DNA from: a virus
Lineage: Duplodnaviria > Heunggongvirae > Uroviricota > Caudoviricetes
Length of the DNA: 16,615 bases
IMG/VR virus record: IMGVR_UViG_2751185836_000001
Direction: 5' to 3' (one strand)
Part shown: positions 1 through 7,191 of the stretch, one piece after another
Numbering within the stretch: the stretch's first letter is position 1
Layout of the letters: each line of letters begins with the position of its first letter
Translations under genes and position numbers: made by a program
Notes under the pieces: model-generated
Databases searched by the model: none
Seen by the model: the letters and a program-made list of their open reading frames with translations, nothing else
Told to the model about the DNA's origin: nothing

Positions 1-1
1 T

Positions 2-262
2 GAAACCCGAAAAGGATATTTATATAAGCATGAGATGTCACTGGAGCAGCATAAGGAACTGCTGCAGCTTTTGTCCGCACATCCGGGAAAAGTCCTGCTT
101 TCCGGCTATGATAATGAGCTTTACGACAGCCTGCTGCCTGAATGGCACAAAGTACAGAAGGCAACACAAGCGGAATGTGGACTCCGCCGCACGGAGACGC
201 TGTGGATGAACTATATCCCGCCGGCGCACCAGGTTTCGATGGAGGAATATGGCGTATGTTAG
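2..262 (+). CDS. DNA adenine methyltransferase (Dam/D12-class), C-terminal part, 5'-truncated by the window
   Basis: Frame is open from base 2: ETRKGYLYKHEMSLEQHKELLQLLSAHPGKVLLSGYDNELYDSLLPEW...RTETLWMNY, the typical C-terminus of phage Dam-like MTases. The DPPY motif lies outside the window. Confidence 0.72.
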   Translation, partial: ETRKGYLYKHEMSLEQHKELLQLLSAHPGKVLLSGYDNELYDSLLPEWHKVQKATQAECGLRRTETLWMNYIPPAHQVSMEEYGVC

Positions 263-1269
263 GAAAAGAATTGAGAGATTACCGCAAAGAACACGGTTAT
301 CTGCAAAAGGAAATCGCCGAAACGCTTGGCATATCCGCCAGCCTGTTGAGCCGGATAGAAAGGGGCAAGCGGGAGGTCACGGTGGAAGAGGAGAGAAAGA
401 TCCTGGAATTATTCCCGGAGCTTGCCAAAGAAAAACTCCCTGGAAAATACACGGTCTACACTGATGGCGGATGCGGCTTTAATCCGGGCGGTCCCGGCGG
501 GATCGGAGCCGTGATCCTTGACGTGGAGGGAAAAGTGATACAGGAAATATCGAAGGGGTTCCATGCCAGCACCAACAATCGGATGGAGCTCCTGGCAGCT
601 ATCGAGGCCCTCAAGACCATTCCCGCAGGGGCGGAAGTTAAAGTAAAGTCCGACTCCCAGTATCTGGTCCAGACTATGGAAGAAGGATGGAGCCGGAATA
701 AGAACCATGACTTGTGGAAGCAACTGGACGAGGCTCTCCGCGGCAAAAAGGTATCGTTTAAGTGGGTCCGTGGCCACAACGGGAACCAGTGGAACGAGAG
801 ATGTGACGAGCTCGCCACGGCGGGGATCAACAGCAGCGACAAAGAAGAAGACACCGGGTATATTCCCACGAGAAACGCCTCACAGGTAAAGCGAAAACCG
901 TCCACACCTCCTGGCGGGGCCATGGCTGTGTCCTTAGACGTTCCGGAGCTTATGCCGGTTCATCGGGAGGACATCCTTGTCCACGAGAAATGCCGGAAAG
1001 CAATCCGGCGTTTTCAGAAAAGTCGAAGGACCTTTGGAGATTATCTGGATGTAAAGACAGGAGGCCGGGATGGTTGGTCGCTCCTTGGCATAAAGCAGCT
1101 CACCGAGATCATGGGAAGCATGGCATACAGCATAGCGGCAGAATATCTCCATGAGGAAAAGGCCGTCGCCTCCTGTCTGCGTTGGTTCGGCCGTGGGATG
1201 CTGCTTAAGGACAGTATACGAAAGGCGCTCGTGGACATGGAGGTATCGTCTAATTGTTTAAAAAAGTAA
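256..1269 (+). CDS. rnhA: XRE-family HTH fused to ribonuclease HI plus an uncharacterised C-terminal domain
   Basis: GGAGG at 241-245, ATG at 256 overlapping the MTase stop. The N-terminus LRDYRKEHGYLQKEIAETLGISASLLSRIERG is an HTH_3 pattern. RNase HI motifs YTDGG, TNNRMEL, SDSQY, KWVRGH and NERCDELA are intact (D-E-D-H-D). Confidence 0.85.
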   Translation: MLGKELRDYRKEHGYLQKEIAETLGISASLLSRIERGKREVTVEEERKILELFPELAKEKLPGKYTVYTDGGCGFNPGGPGGIGAVILDVEGKVIQEISKGFHASTNNRMELLAAIEALKTIPAGAEVKVKSDSQYLVQTMEEGWSRNKNHDLWKQLDEALRGKKVSFKWVRGHNGNQWNERCDELATAGINSSDKEEDTGYIPTRNASQVKRKPSTPPGGAMAVSLDVPELMPVHREDILVHEKCRKAIRRFQKSRRTFGDYLDVKTGGRDGWSLLGIKQLTEIMGSMAYSIAAEYLHEEKAVASCLRWFGRGMLLKDSIRKALVDMEVSSNCLKK

Positions 1270-1287
1270 AAGAGGGGAGGCATACGG

Positions 1288-1686
1288 GTGCTCTGGGTCA
1301 AGAAAACAGGTAGAACGAAGAGTCCTGTGAGCATAATATCAGCAATCGTACTCTTCATATGCGTTATCAGCCTGCTCGCCGTCATTCGCTTTACTTTCCC
1401 TGAAAAATGGGATTATTTCTTCTGGCCACAAAAGGGAGAAGTGGTCCATCTGGAAGGAGATGTCCCTGCTGAGATACAGACTGCCGGAGATGTCTGTCAG
1501 GAATATGGCGTCCCCATAGAGCTCATGGAACAGGTAATATCTCATCCCGGTGGGTTCCGGCTGATCTGTAGTGATGATATGTTGGAAATCGTCCATCGAA
1601 ATGCTCCGGTCTCAAGCCTAGATGGGAAATACAAGCTAAATAGCGAAAAGGCTTGGACATATAATAAGAAGGCTCACTGCCGTTAA
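1288..1686 (+). CDS. Membrane-anchored hypothetical protein, possibly with a degenerate lytic-transglycosylase-like segment
   Basis: GTG start after GGGGAGG; hydrophobic stretch IISAIVLFICVISLLAVIRF; QEYGVPIELMEQVISHPGGF resembles SLT 'YGV..L..VI..ESGF' but lacks the catalytic Glu. Confidence 0.55.
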   Translation: MLWVKKTGRTKSPVSIISAIVLFICVISLLAVIRFTFPEKWDYFFWPQKGEVVHLEGDVPAEIQTAGDVCQEYGVPIELMEQVISHPGGFRLICSDDMLEIVHRNAPVSSLDGKYKLNSEKAWTYNKKAHCR

Positions 1687-1701
1687 CCACCCACTTTTGC
1701 A

Positions 1702-1730
1702 TTGGCAGAACGGCGAAAGTCTTTTATCAT
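1702..1730 (+). promoter_or_regulatory. Candidate sigmaA promoter
   Basis: TTGGCA (1702-1707), 17-bp spacer, TATCAT (1725-1730), upstream of the structured non-coding region. Confidence 0.3.
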
Positions 1731-1762
1731 AAGAGTAGCGGAACAAAATATCATATTATAGC

Positions 1763-1838
1763 GATGCGGTCAGGCGCGCCCGTTGAGGGACGTTTCCCCT
1801 CCTCTTATACGTCCCTTATAAGCCTGTCTTACCGCATC
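1763..1838 (+). ncRNA. Long irregular hairpin with a C-rich, anti-Shine-Dalgarno loop (candidate sRNA or leader)
   Basis: GATGCGGT/ACCGCATC (8 bp), CAGGC/GCCTG (5 bp), AGGGACGT/ACGTCCCT (8 bp); loop TTCCCCTCCTCTTAT contains CCTCCT at 1798-1803. Confidence 0.45.
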
Positions 1839-1864
1839 AAAAAAACATTTCGGCGAGTAAAGGT

Positions 1865-1928
1865 TTGCCTGGATGCCATCTGGTGGCATGGCACGTAGTG
1901 TCTCGGGGTTCGACTCCCTGCTAGGCAA
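1865..1928 (+). ncRNA. tRNA-like element (degenerate tRNA with truncated anticodon arm, no encoded CCA)
   Basis: Acceptor TGCCTGG (1866-1872)/CTAGGCA (1921-1927); canonical T-arm CGGGG-TTCGACT-CCCTG (1904-1920); D-like arm GCC-ATCTGGT-GGC; anticodon arm GGCAC-GTA-GTGTC has only a 3-nt loop. Confidence 0.55.
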
Positions 1929-1961
1929 GTAACATTCCGGCTAAGAAAGGGAGCGATATGT

Positions 1962-2672
1962 ATGAGAAATGTAAAAAGAATATTCTTACTGGCAATGGCG
2001 ATCTCTCTTCTTGCGGTTGGATGCAGTGACAGGACAGAAGAAAAGAGTGTAAGTCTTAAGGAAGAAAACGCAGACGCAAAGGACCTTTTAACTGTCGATG
2101 AGCTGATACGCATAACAGGGATTTCGGAAGCGGATTATGGTGATGTGGACCTGCGACAATTTATCGAGGACTTTGAGATAACAGAAGATAATGTAAATTC
2201 ACTAAATATCAAACTGCTGCTCGAAGAAAACAGCAATACGGAGACGGACGATGTGACCGATATATTTTCTGACACGGCGCAGGAGCGGACTGAGCATTTC
2301 ACGGATGACGTGACGGCGATCGCTTTTTATGAAAATATGAATACCACTACTGAGTGCGTATACTATGATCTGGTTTCGGAGGAAAGATACCGGGCATCTG
2401 ATTGTTTCCTGTTCTCGGACCTGGCCCAGGCGGAAGCGGGGCTCTATACCGGTGGAGAAATGCTTATAAATAAGATGGATGAACTTGGAGTATTTTCATG
2501 GGAAAGCAGCAGTTCTTCAGAAGTAATGGATGACGCGCAGAATATGGAACTGGCGGTAAAATATGATGATGGCACAGTATTTCATATATCAGCAACGGGT
2601 ATTTTATCGGAGATTTTGCCTGACACGTATACGGAGATAAGGAATTTCCTGTTGGGCAGTAATTATAATTAG
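1962..2672 (+). CDS. Acidic lipoprotein of unknown function
   Basis: RBS AAAGGGAG; basic N-terminus, hydrophobic core and lipobox LAVGC; D/E-rich body. Confidence 0.8.
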   Translation: MRNVKRIFLLAMAISLLAVGCSDRTEEKSVSLKEENADAKDLLTVDELIRITGISEADYGDVDLRQFIEDFEITEDNVNSLNIKLLLEENSNTETDDVTDIFSDTAQERTEHFTDDVTAIAFYENMNTTTECVYYDLVSEERYRASDCFLFSDLAQAEAGLYTGGEMLINKMDELGVFSWESSSSSEVMDDAQNMELAVKYDDGTVFHISATGILSEILPDTYTEIRNFLLGSNYN

Positions 2673-2682
2673 GAGGGAAAAT

Positions 2683-3156
2683 ATGCTATACAAACTTATC
2701 AATCCATCCGACCCATATGTGTTCGAAGCTAAGGATCACGAAACGGCGGCGCTCACCGTGCTGGCACTTGGAACCATGTACGGCGCGAAAGGAGAAGACG
2801 GGGAGCACGATGTTCCTGTCACTTTCATGATCGACCCGGAGGAATGGTTTAAGGAGACGTTTGGGAGGCCAATAGCAGTTGCACTTAATGAAAAGAAACA
2901 GGCTATAGCTGATGCGATGCTGTCGATGACATACGGAAATTTCCAGGACTACCAGGTGTACCAAAATACCGTAAAAACGATCGAGGATCCGGCAAAAAGA
3001 GAGCAATTTATCAGGGATTGGGCAAACCGGCGTTCGTCGATTACCGCCATCAGTGACAGGTGTCATCGTATAGGAGAAGAACTGTATAAACACAACGGAT
3101 GGAGAAGAGATTATTCAGAAATGGCAGATGGCTTGACAGCCGATGCGATCAATTAA
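2683..3156 (+). CDS. Hypothetical protein
   Basis: Strong RBS AGGAGGG, 157 aa ORF, followed by a terminator. Confidence 0.75.
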   Translation: MLYKLINPSDPYVFEAKDHETAALTVLALGTMYGAKGEDGEHDVPVTFMIDPEEWFKETFGRPIAVALNEKKQAIADAMLSMTYGNFQDYQVYQNTVKTIEDPAKREQFIRDWANRRSSITAISDRCHRIGEELYKHNGWRRDYSEMADGLTADAIN

Positions 3157-3172
3157 GGTACATTTGATAGGT

Positions 3173-3200
3173 AAAAAAGCGGAACCTGGTTCCGCTTTTT
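3173..3200 (+). terminator. Intrinsic terminator, copy 1 of the GCGGAACCTGGTTCCGC repeat
   Basis: A6-GCGGAACCTGGTTCCGC (3179-3195)-T5 just after a stop codon. Confidence 0.75.
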
Positions 3201-3205
3201 ATATT

Positions 3206-3286
3206 GCGGTCGGCTTGACGACCGGAGCGTGAGAGTTTCAACTACTCACGGAAGCCCACGCAGATGTTTGTGAGCATCAAGATTGT
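3206..3286 (+). ncRNA. Structured motif copy 1 (IS200/IS605 right-end/omegaRNA-like)
   Basis: Stem CGGTCG/CGACCG with loop GCTTGA; stem CGTGAG/CTCACG; GAAGCCCACG; loop CTTGA (3214-3218) complementary to TCAAG (3277-3281). Homologous to 8360-8442. Confidence 0.55.
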
Positions 3287-3406
3287 ACTACTCCTTTATA
3301 CGATGGCAAAAATCATATTTATTCATAACACATTTCCAGAAATATGCTTGCCTCCTCACTTCCATATTATTCTAACGAAGAAACACAGTAAAGGAGGGAA
3401 ATTGCC

Positions 3407-3706
3407 GTGGATACAATCGTTTCGAAGCATGGGACCAAGCGGATACGGCAGCGCTGCGGGATCCCGAAGAAGGCCACCAGCCGCCTTACGGAAAGAGCTT
3501 TCCAGGAGGGGAAGGACCGGACCTCTGTACATGGCAGGCTCCGGAGATGGATCGACAACACCGTGGATCTGGATGATGGGAAGTTTGTCCGTCTGTACAG
3601 AGGGAAGGTATATGTATTCGGAGAGAGGAACGTGCTCATCACAATCCTAAATGTCCCCGGAAACCTGCAGAAACAGCTTAATATACAAACAAAAGCAACG
3701 AATTAG
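3407..3706 (+). CDS. Small basic hypothetical protein, possibly BECR-fold (DUF4258/RelE-like) RNase
   Basis: GTG start with RBS AAAGGAGG; N-terminal SKHGTKRIRQR resembles 'T.HA..R..QR' and the C-terminus has VYVF...VLITIL. Confidence 0.65.
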   Translation: MDTIVSKHGTKRIRQRCGIPKKATSRLTERAFQEGKDRTSVHGRLRRWIDNTVDLDDGKFVRLYRGKVYVFGERNVLITILNVPGNLQKQLNIQTKATN

Positions 3707-3718
3707 GAGGTACAGCCA

Positions 3719-4240
3719 TTGGTCATACATCATTTATTACTCGTATTTCTTCCACATCTCATTTATGACGGTGATGACGAAGGCACAATCAAGGATAAAG
3801 TGGCATCTTATGCAGGAAGTGTATTGCGGCGCTTCCAGGGATCCGTATACAGCAGGGCCCTGCCATCCCCTTTTGATGACGGCGGAACCAATGTCCTGCT
3901 ATGTTCAGAAGATCCGGATCAGGCCATCCAGGAATTAGAAAAAATCCTTGCATTTCAAAAGTCTGAGGTTATGTATTGTCTGGATCGGATAGAAGAGAGT
4001 ACAGGTAAAGATTTCGGAAGTATTATCCGGAGACTGTATTCAGATAGCTTTGAAACTAGCTACGAATTCCCTATGGAGCATATCCGCTGCGTATCACAGT
4101 TCCTGGCCGGAGAGTACCAGATCAGTTCCAGGTTCTATAATACCTGGGAGAAGACCGCGCGGCTTTTACCCAAAGATATCGATGAAATAAAAAAGATGCC
4201 TGGCGATTGGGCGCTTGTCCAGTTTCTATTGGAAAAATAA
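3719..4240 (+). CDS. Hypothetical protein (acidic)
   Basis: TTG start 8 nt after GGAGG; 173 aa; 12 nt downstream of the previous gene. Confidence 0.7.
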   Translation: MVIHHLLLVFLPHLIYDGDDEGTIKDKVASYAGSVLRRFQGSVYSRALPSPFDDGGTNVLLCSEDPDQAIQELEKILAFQKSEVMYCLDRIEESTGKDFGSIIRRLYSDSFETSYEFPMEHIRCVSQFLAGEYQISSRFYNTWEKTARLLPKDIDEIKKMPGDWALVQFLLEK

Positions 4241-4368
4241 AGAAAAATAGGGCATTGCAGGAGTAAACGTAACAGTTTCTCAGAAATATATATGGGGCAA
4301 TAAAAAAATTAATGATAGTGTTCATGGCTGGAAGAAAAACATAATCAATACAGGAATAAGTCTGTGCT

Positions 4369-4410
4369 AAAAAGAGAGCCCCTTCCGGAATTCATGCTCC
4401 GGAGGGGGCT
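4369..4410 (-). terminator. Intrinsic terminator between convergent genes
   Basis: 13-bp stem AGCCCCTTCCGGA (4377-4389)/TCCGGAGGGGGCT (4398-4410) with one G-T pair; U-tract on the minus strand (A run at 4369-4373). Confidence 0.65.
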
Positions 4411-4413
4411 GTT

Positions 4414-5550
4414 CTATTCTCTAAATTCATAACCAAATGATTTCGTATCATAAAGCCGCATCTGTACAGGAGCGAGATAGGAGTGGTAGATGTGGCCGAA
4501 CTGAGGGATCTGAAGAACATCAGCGGCATGATGTAAGTTTAGCAGGAATTCTTCACGGCTGAATGTAGAACCTTTAGAAGTTCCATCTTCCACCATGATA
4601 CAGTTGGGGCTGTCTTCTTCACTAAGTTTTTCATCATGCCTGTAATAGTAAAAATACATCCCTAATTCGGAAGAAAGGATTTCGGCCACGGCACCACCAG
4701 TACCATCGCCATGTTTATCTGTCTCGAAATCCGCAAATACTTCATCAGCATCTTTTCCTTCATCTATGATCTGGAGAAGCATTTTGGAACGGGCTTTGTT
4801 CGTACAGAATGTGCCACGATATTCATTCAAAAAGTCAACAAATCCTGGAGGAGTCTCCGGGTAGTGAAACCCGTACCCGAAAGTTGTTGTAATCACCTGT
4901 TTTTCGTCATCATCCCCAAAGATAGCTTTTAGAAGTCGTTCCTCCATTCTTGTTTTTTCTACCTCTTTCTTACTTCGGATTGTCGTTCCAGGCTCACCAA
5001 AATCCAGGAAGATCAAGTTGCCGTTTTCTGTTCGAGAATAGTAGATGGTTCCCATCGTCGTACACAAATTCTCCCCATCTCCCCAACGATATTCGAAACT
5101 CATTTCCTTTTCTGCCCAACGGTGTCCGTCTTCAGAGCAGGGTTCTTCCTCTTGGAAATCGAATTTTCCGTTTTCTTCCATACACAGGATTTCCATAGCG
5201 TGTAGAGCATCCGCAACAGATTTCCAAGGCTGCGAATAATCTGCTGTAACAAGGTTACTTAGGCCTTCCATAATAGCCGCTTCACAGCGTTTTACACGGT
5301 CAGCAATGGGCTCGATTTCATAGCCGCAAGCTTCCAGAAGCATCCTTTCTGTGATCGTATTCATGTGACTGGCCATATTTCTTAAAATTGCGACAGAGGG
5401 TCGCGATATTTCTTTATTGTTGAGCAATCGGTTGAGATGTTCCTTTGATATGCTGGCCTCTTCTGCAAATGCTTTTTGAGTGCGTGTCCCGATACCACGT
5501 CTTAAGAGCTCTCGGAATTCCTTGTATTCGCCTTTAGTGTCTTTTGCCAT
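4414..5550 (-). CDS. XRE-family HTH protein with a large acidic C-terminal region
   Basis: AGGAGG 8 nt upstream of the ATG at 5550; FRELLRRGIGTRTQKAFAEEASISKEHLNRLLNNKEISRPS is an HTH_3-type pattern; the remaining ~300 aa are unrecognised. Confidence 0.78.
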   Translation of the reverse strand: MAKDTKGEYKEFRELLRRGIGTRTQKAFAEEASISKEHLNRLLNNKEISRPSVAILRNMASHMNTITERMLLEACGYEIEPIADRVKRCEAAIMEGLSNLVTADYSQPWKSVADALHAMEILCMEENGKFDFQEEEPCSEDGHRWAEKEMSFEYRWGDGENLCTTMGTIYYSRTENGNLIFLDFGEPGTTIRSKKEVEKTRMEERLLKAIFGDDDEKQVITTTFGYGFHYPETPPGFVDFLNEYRGTFCTNKARSKMLLQIIDEGKDADEVFADFETDKHGDGTGGAVAEILSSELGMYFYYYRHDEKLSEEDSPNCIMVEDGTSKGSTFSREEFLLNLHHAADVLQIPQFGHIYHSYLAPVQMRLYDTKSFGYEFRE

Positions 5551-5573
5551 GATCATATCCTCCTATAACTTAA

Positions 5574-6767
5574 CTATAAATAGATGCTCTGCTTTTTCAT
5601 TGCCATCTGGATAGTCTCAAAAATACCATTTAGGAGCTGTGGCTCAATTGGTTCTTCCAGGTTTACGTTTCCAATACCGGCAAGGATAGACTCTTCGGCA
5701 AAGTTCAGCATTGGACTGAGAAATTCTTCTGCATATATTGAAAAGTTTTTCTTGATCACTGCCTCTATAAAGGGATGACAAAGAGCCTTTATTTTTTCTT
5801 CGGCCAATTCTACCGGATCACTTTCTGGATCATAAGGTTCATCCGTGCTTTCGTCCCTCTCGCAGTCATCTGCATCATCGGTCACAAGGGGATACAGGAC
5901 ATTGACGGGATCTTCCAATGCTACGGCGTCAATGTATGTACCAACCGGAAGGACCGGTTTCACCTTGGTCGGACATGGGCAGGATACGATCTCGTATAAT
6001 TCCTGTAAGGACTGTGCCGGACACCCGAATGGCGTGATATAAGGGATACCACGTGCTCCATTGTTGATCAAGGTATCTGCGTATTCCTGCAGCATCCTGC
6101 TTTCATTCCTTATGATGACCTCCGGAGCTTTGAGTGCTTTTAACTTGGCCAAGCGGCCTATTCTCAGGATCAAGCGGTTATACAGGTATTCCATCGGGAT
6201 TGGGCTCCAGGCCGGTTTTTTGTTTTTACGTTCTACTTTCTGGTACCGCAGTGAAAGCGGGATGACCGGCAGGCAGTGCAGGATGATATGTTCGTACTCT
6301 GGAGCATGCTCTCTTTTTAAGAGAGCTTCGATTGCCTCCGCTCCGCACAGACAGATAGCACCGGGGTACTCTTGATGGAATATTTCAAAATCCTTTTCTT
6401 CTACAATCTGTTTGTATCTGGCCTCTGTCTCTCCCGGCTCAATAACGACGTGTGCGCCATAATATACAATTTTCTCGATTTCTTTTCTGGGGATGCCAAG
6501 GATGCGGGGCAGGATTGGCCTGCTTCCAAATAGATACTGGATGTTGACGATCGGGATCGGGAGGGAAATGTGTCCCATCAGGGTTTCCTCATCACTCATT
6601 TTCCCGAAGATTTTGGGATCAGTCATAGACCGTTCAACAGGATCTCCCTCCTCACAAGGGGAAGGGAATATGACCTCGCCATTCGAAAACTCCAGGGTCA
6701 TCCCGTCGGTGAGTTCCGTCATTTCTGCCGCCGTCGATACATTTGTATTCATCCATCTCTTATTCAT
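5574..6767 (-). CDS. rpoC: Stand-alone RNA polymerase beta' (RpoC) N-terminal/clamp-like protein, divergent and internally deleted, no catalytic domain
   Basis: Collinear RpoC motifs: FSNGEV..P, KIFG, MGHISLPIP, EKIVYYGAHVVIEPG, GAEAIEALLK, ILHCLPVIPLSLR, LYNRLILRIGRLAKLKALKAPEVIIRNESRMLQEYADTLINNGARG, AQSLQEL. GGAGG 8 nt before ATG 6767. No NADFDGD motif. Confidence 0.85.
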   Translation of the reverse strand: MNKRWMNTNVSTAAEMTELTDGMTLEFSNGEVIFPSPCEEGDPVERSMTDPKIFGKMSDEETLMGHISLPIPIVNIQYLFGSRPILPRILGIPRKEIEKIVYYGAHVVIEPGETEARYKQIVEEKDFEIFHQEYPGAICLCGAEAIEALLKREHAPEYEHIILHCLPVIPLSLRYQKVERKNKKPAWSPIPMEYLYNRLILRIGRLAKLKALKAPEVIIRNESRMLQEYADTLINNGARGIPYITPFGCPAQSLQELYEIVSCPCPTKVKPVLPVGTYIDAVALEDPVNVLYPLVTDDADDCERDESTDEPYDPESDPVELAEEKIKALCHPFIEAVIKKNFSIYAEEFLSPMLNFAEESILAGIGNVNLEEPIEPQLLNGIFETIQMAMKKQSIYL

Positions 6768-6812
6768 CTTTTGCGCCTCCGTAATTGATATGTTATTCAT
6801 CTGGTTGATTTT

Positions 6813-6841
6813 ATTGTAATATATCAACCGAATGATGTCAA
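6813..6841 (-). promoter_or_regulatory. Near-consensus sigmaA promoter for the rpoC-like/XRE operon
   Basis: Minus strand TTGACA (6841-6836), 17 bp, TACAAT (6818-6813). Confidence 0.75.
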
Positions 6842-6869
6842 TATAAAAATGATTTATATGTGGATTTGT

Positions 6870-6883
6870 ATTGATATATCAAT
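6870..6883. promoter_or_regulatory. Perfect 14-bp palindrome, candidate operator
   Basis: ATTGATATATCAAT; degenerate copies lie in the promoter spacer (~6817-6828) and near 6784-6797 and 6894-6903. Confidence 0.5.
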
Positions 6884-6911
6884 TTAGTGCGTTTTGTTAT
6901 CAACCCTATAT

Positions 6912-6937
6912 AAAAAAGACAGACCGTCCGGTCTGCC
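6912..6937 (-). terminator. Intrinsic terminator
   Basis: Minus strand GGCAGACC-GGAC-GGTCTGTC-TTTTTT, just after the stop at 6945. Confidence 0.75.
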
Positions 6938-6944
6938 CTAGTTA

Positions 6945-7178
6945 TTATTCTTCTACTTCCACATGGAGGTAATAGCCCCTGGGGGTGTGCTCAATCTTGC
7001 GGATGACACCCTTCCGGGACAGGATCCGCTCATTCGTGCGATAAATCCCGGACATGGCCACGGATGGGTCCACCAGATAGGTATACCGGCCAGTGCTGGG
7101 CCTCCTTTCACTGATCGTCACTTCCTGGCCCTCCTCAACCAGGCCTTCCCGTTCCATCTTAAATTTCTCTATCCTCAT
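6945..7178 (-). CDS. Small hypothetical protein
   Basis: AGGAGG upstream of ATG 7178 (MRIEKFKMERE...HVEVEE), 77 aa. Confidence 0.72.
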   Translation of the reverse strand: MRIEKFKMEREGLVEEGQEVTISERRPSTGRYTYLVDPSVAMSGIYRTNERILSRKGVIRKIEHTPRGYYLHVEVEE

Positions 7179-7191
7179 AGTGCGCCTCCTC

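Noticed and set aside
142-255. N-terminal extension of the RNase H ORF in the ORF track
   Set aside because: It overlaps the MTase coding frame; the RBS and HTH start support ATG 256.
1763-1928. Bacterial Y RNA (YrlA) or tRNA-associated theta ribozyme
   Set aside because: The tRNA-like part is not circularly permuted as in YrlA and there is no Ro60 gene in the window. I could not fold an HDV-like double pseudoknot from the short sequence after 1928.
3206-3286. Pistol/hammerhead ribozyme or c-di-GMP riboswitch identity for the repeated motif
   Set aside because: The hairpin-loop pseudoknot is superficially pistol-like, but the conserved catalytic or ligand-binding nucleotides of these classes were not recognisable. 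An Rfam search is still needed.
3281-3300. Self-targeting of the putative guides within the window (TGTACTAC at 15237; AAGATTGT near 8903 and 10020)
   Set aside because: Only 8-nt matches, expected by chance in 16 kb, and the first is mismatched at the guide 5' end.
5574-6827. Genuine host rpoC gene or a simple truncated rpoC pseudogene
   Set aside because: No rpoB upstream, no catalytic NADFDGD, strong divergence with in-frame internal deletions, a novel C-terminus, and its own promoter and RBS. The track's start at 6827 lies inside the promoter.
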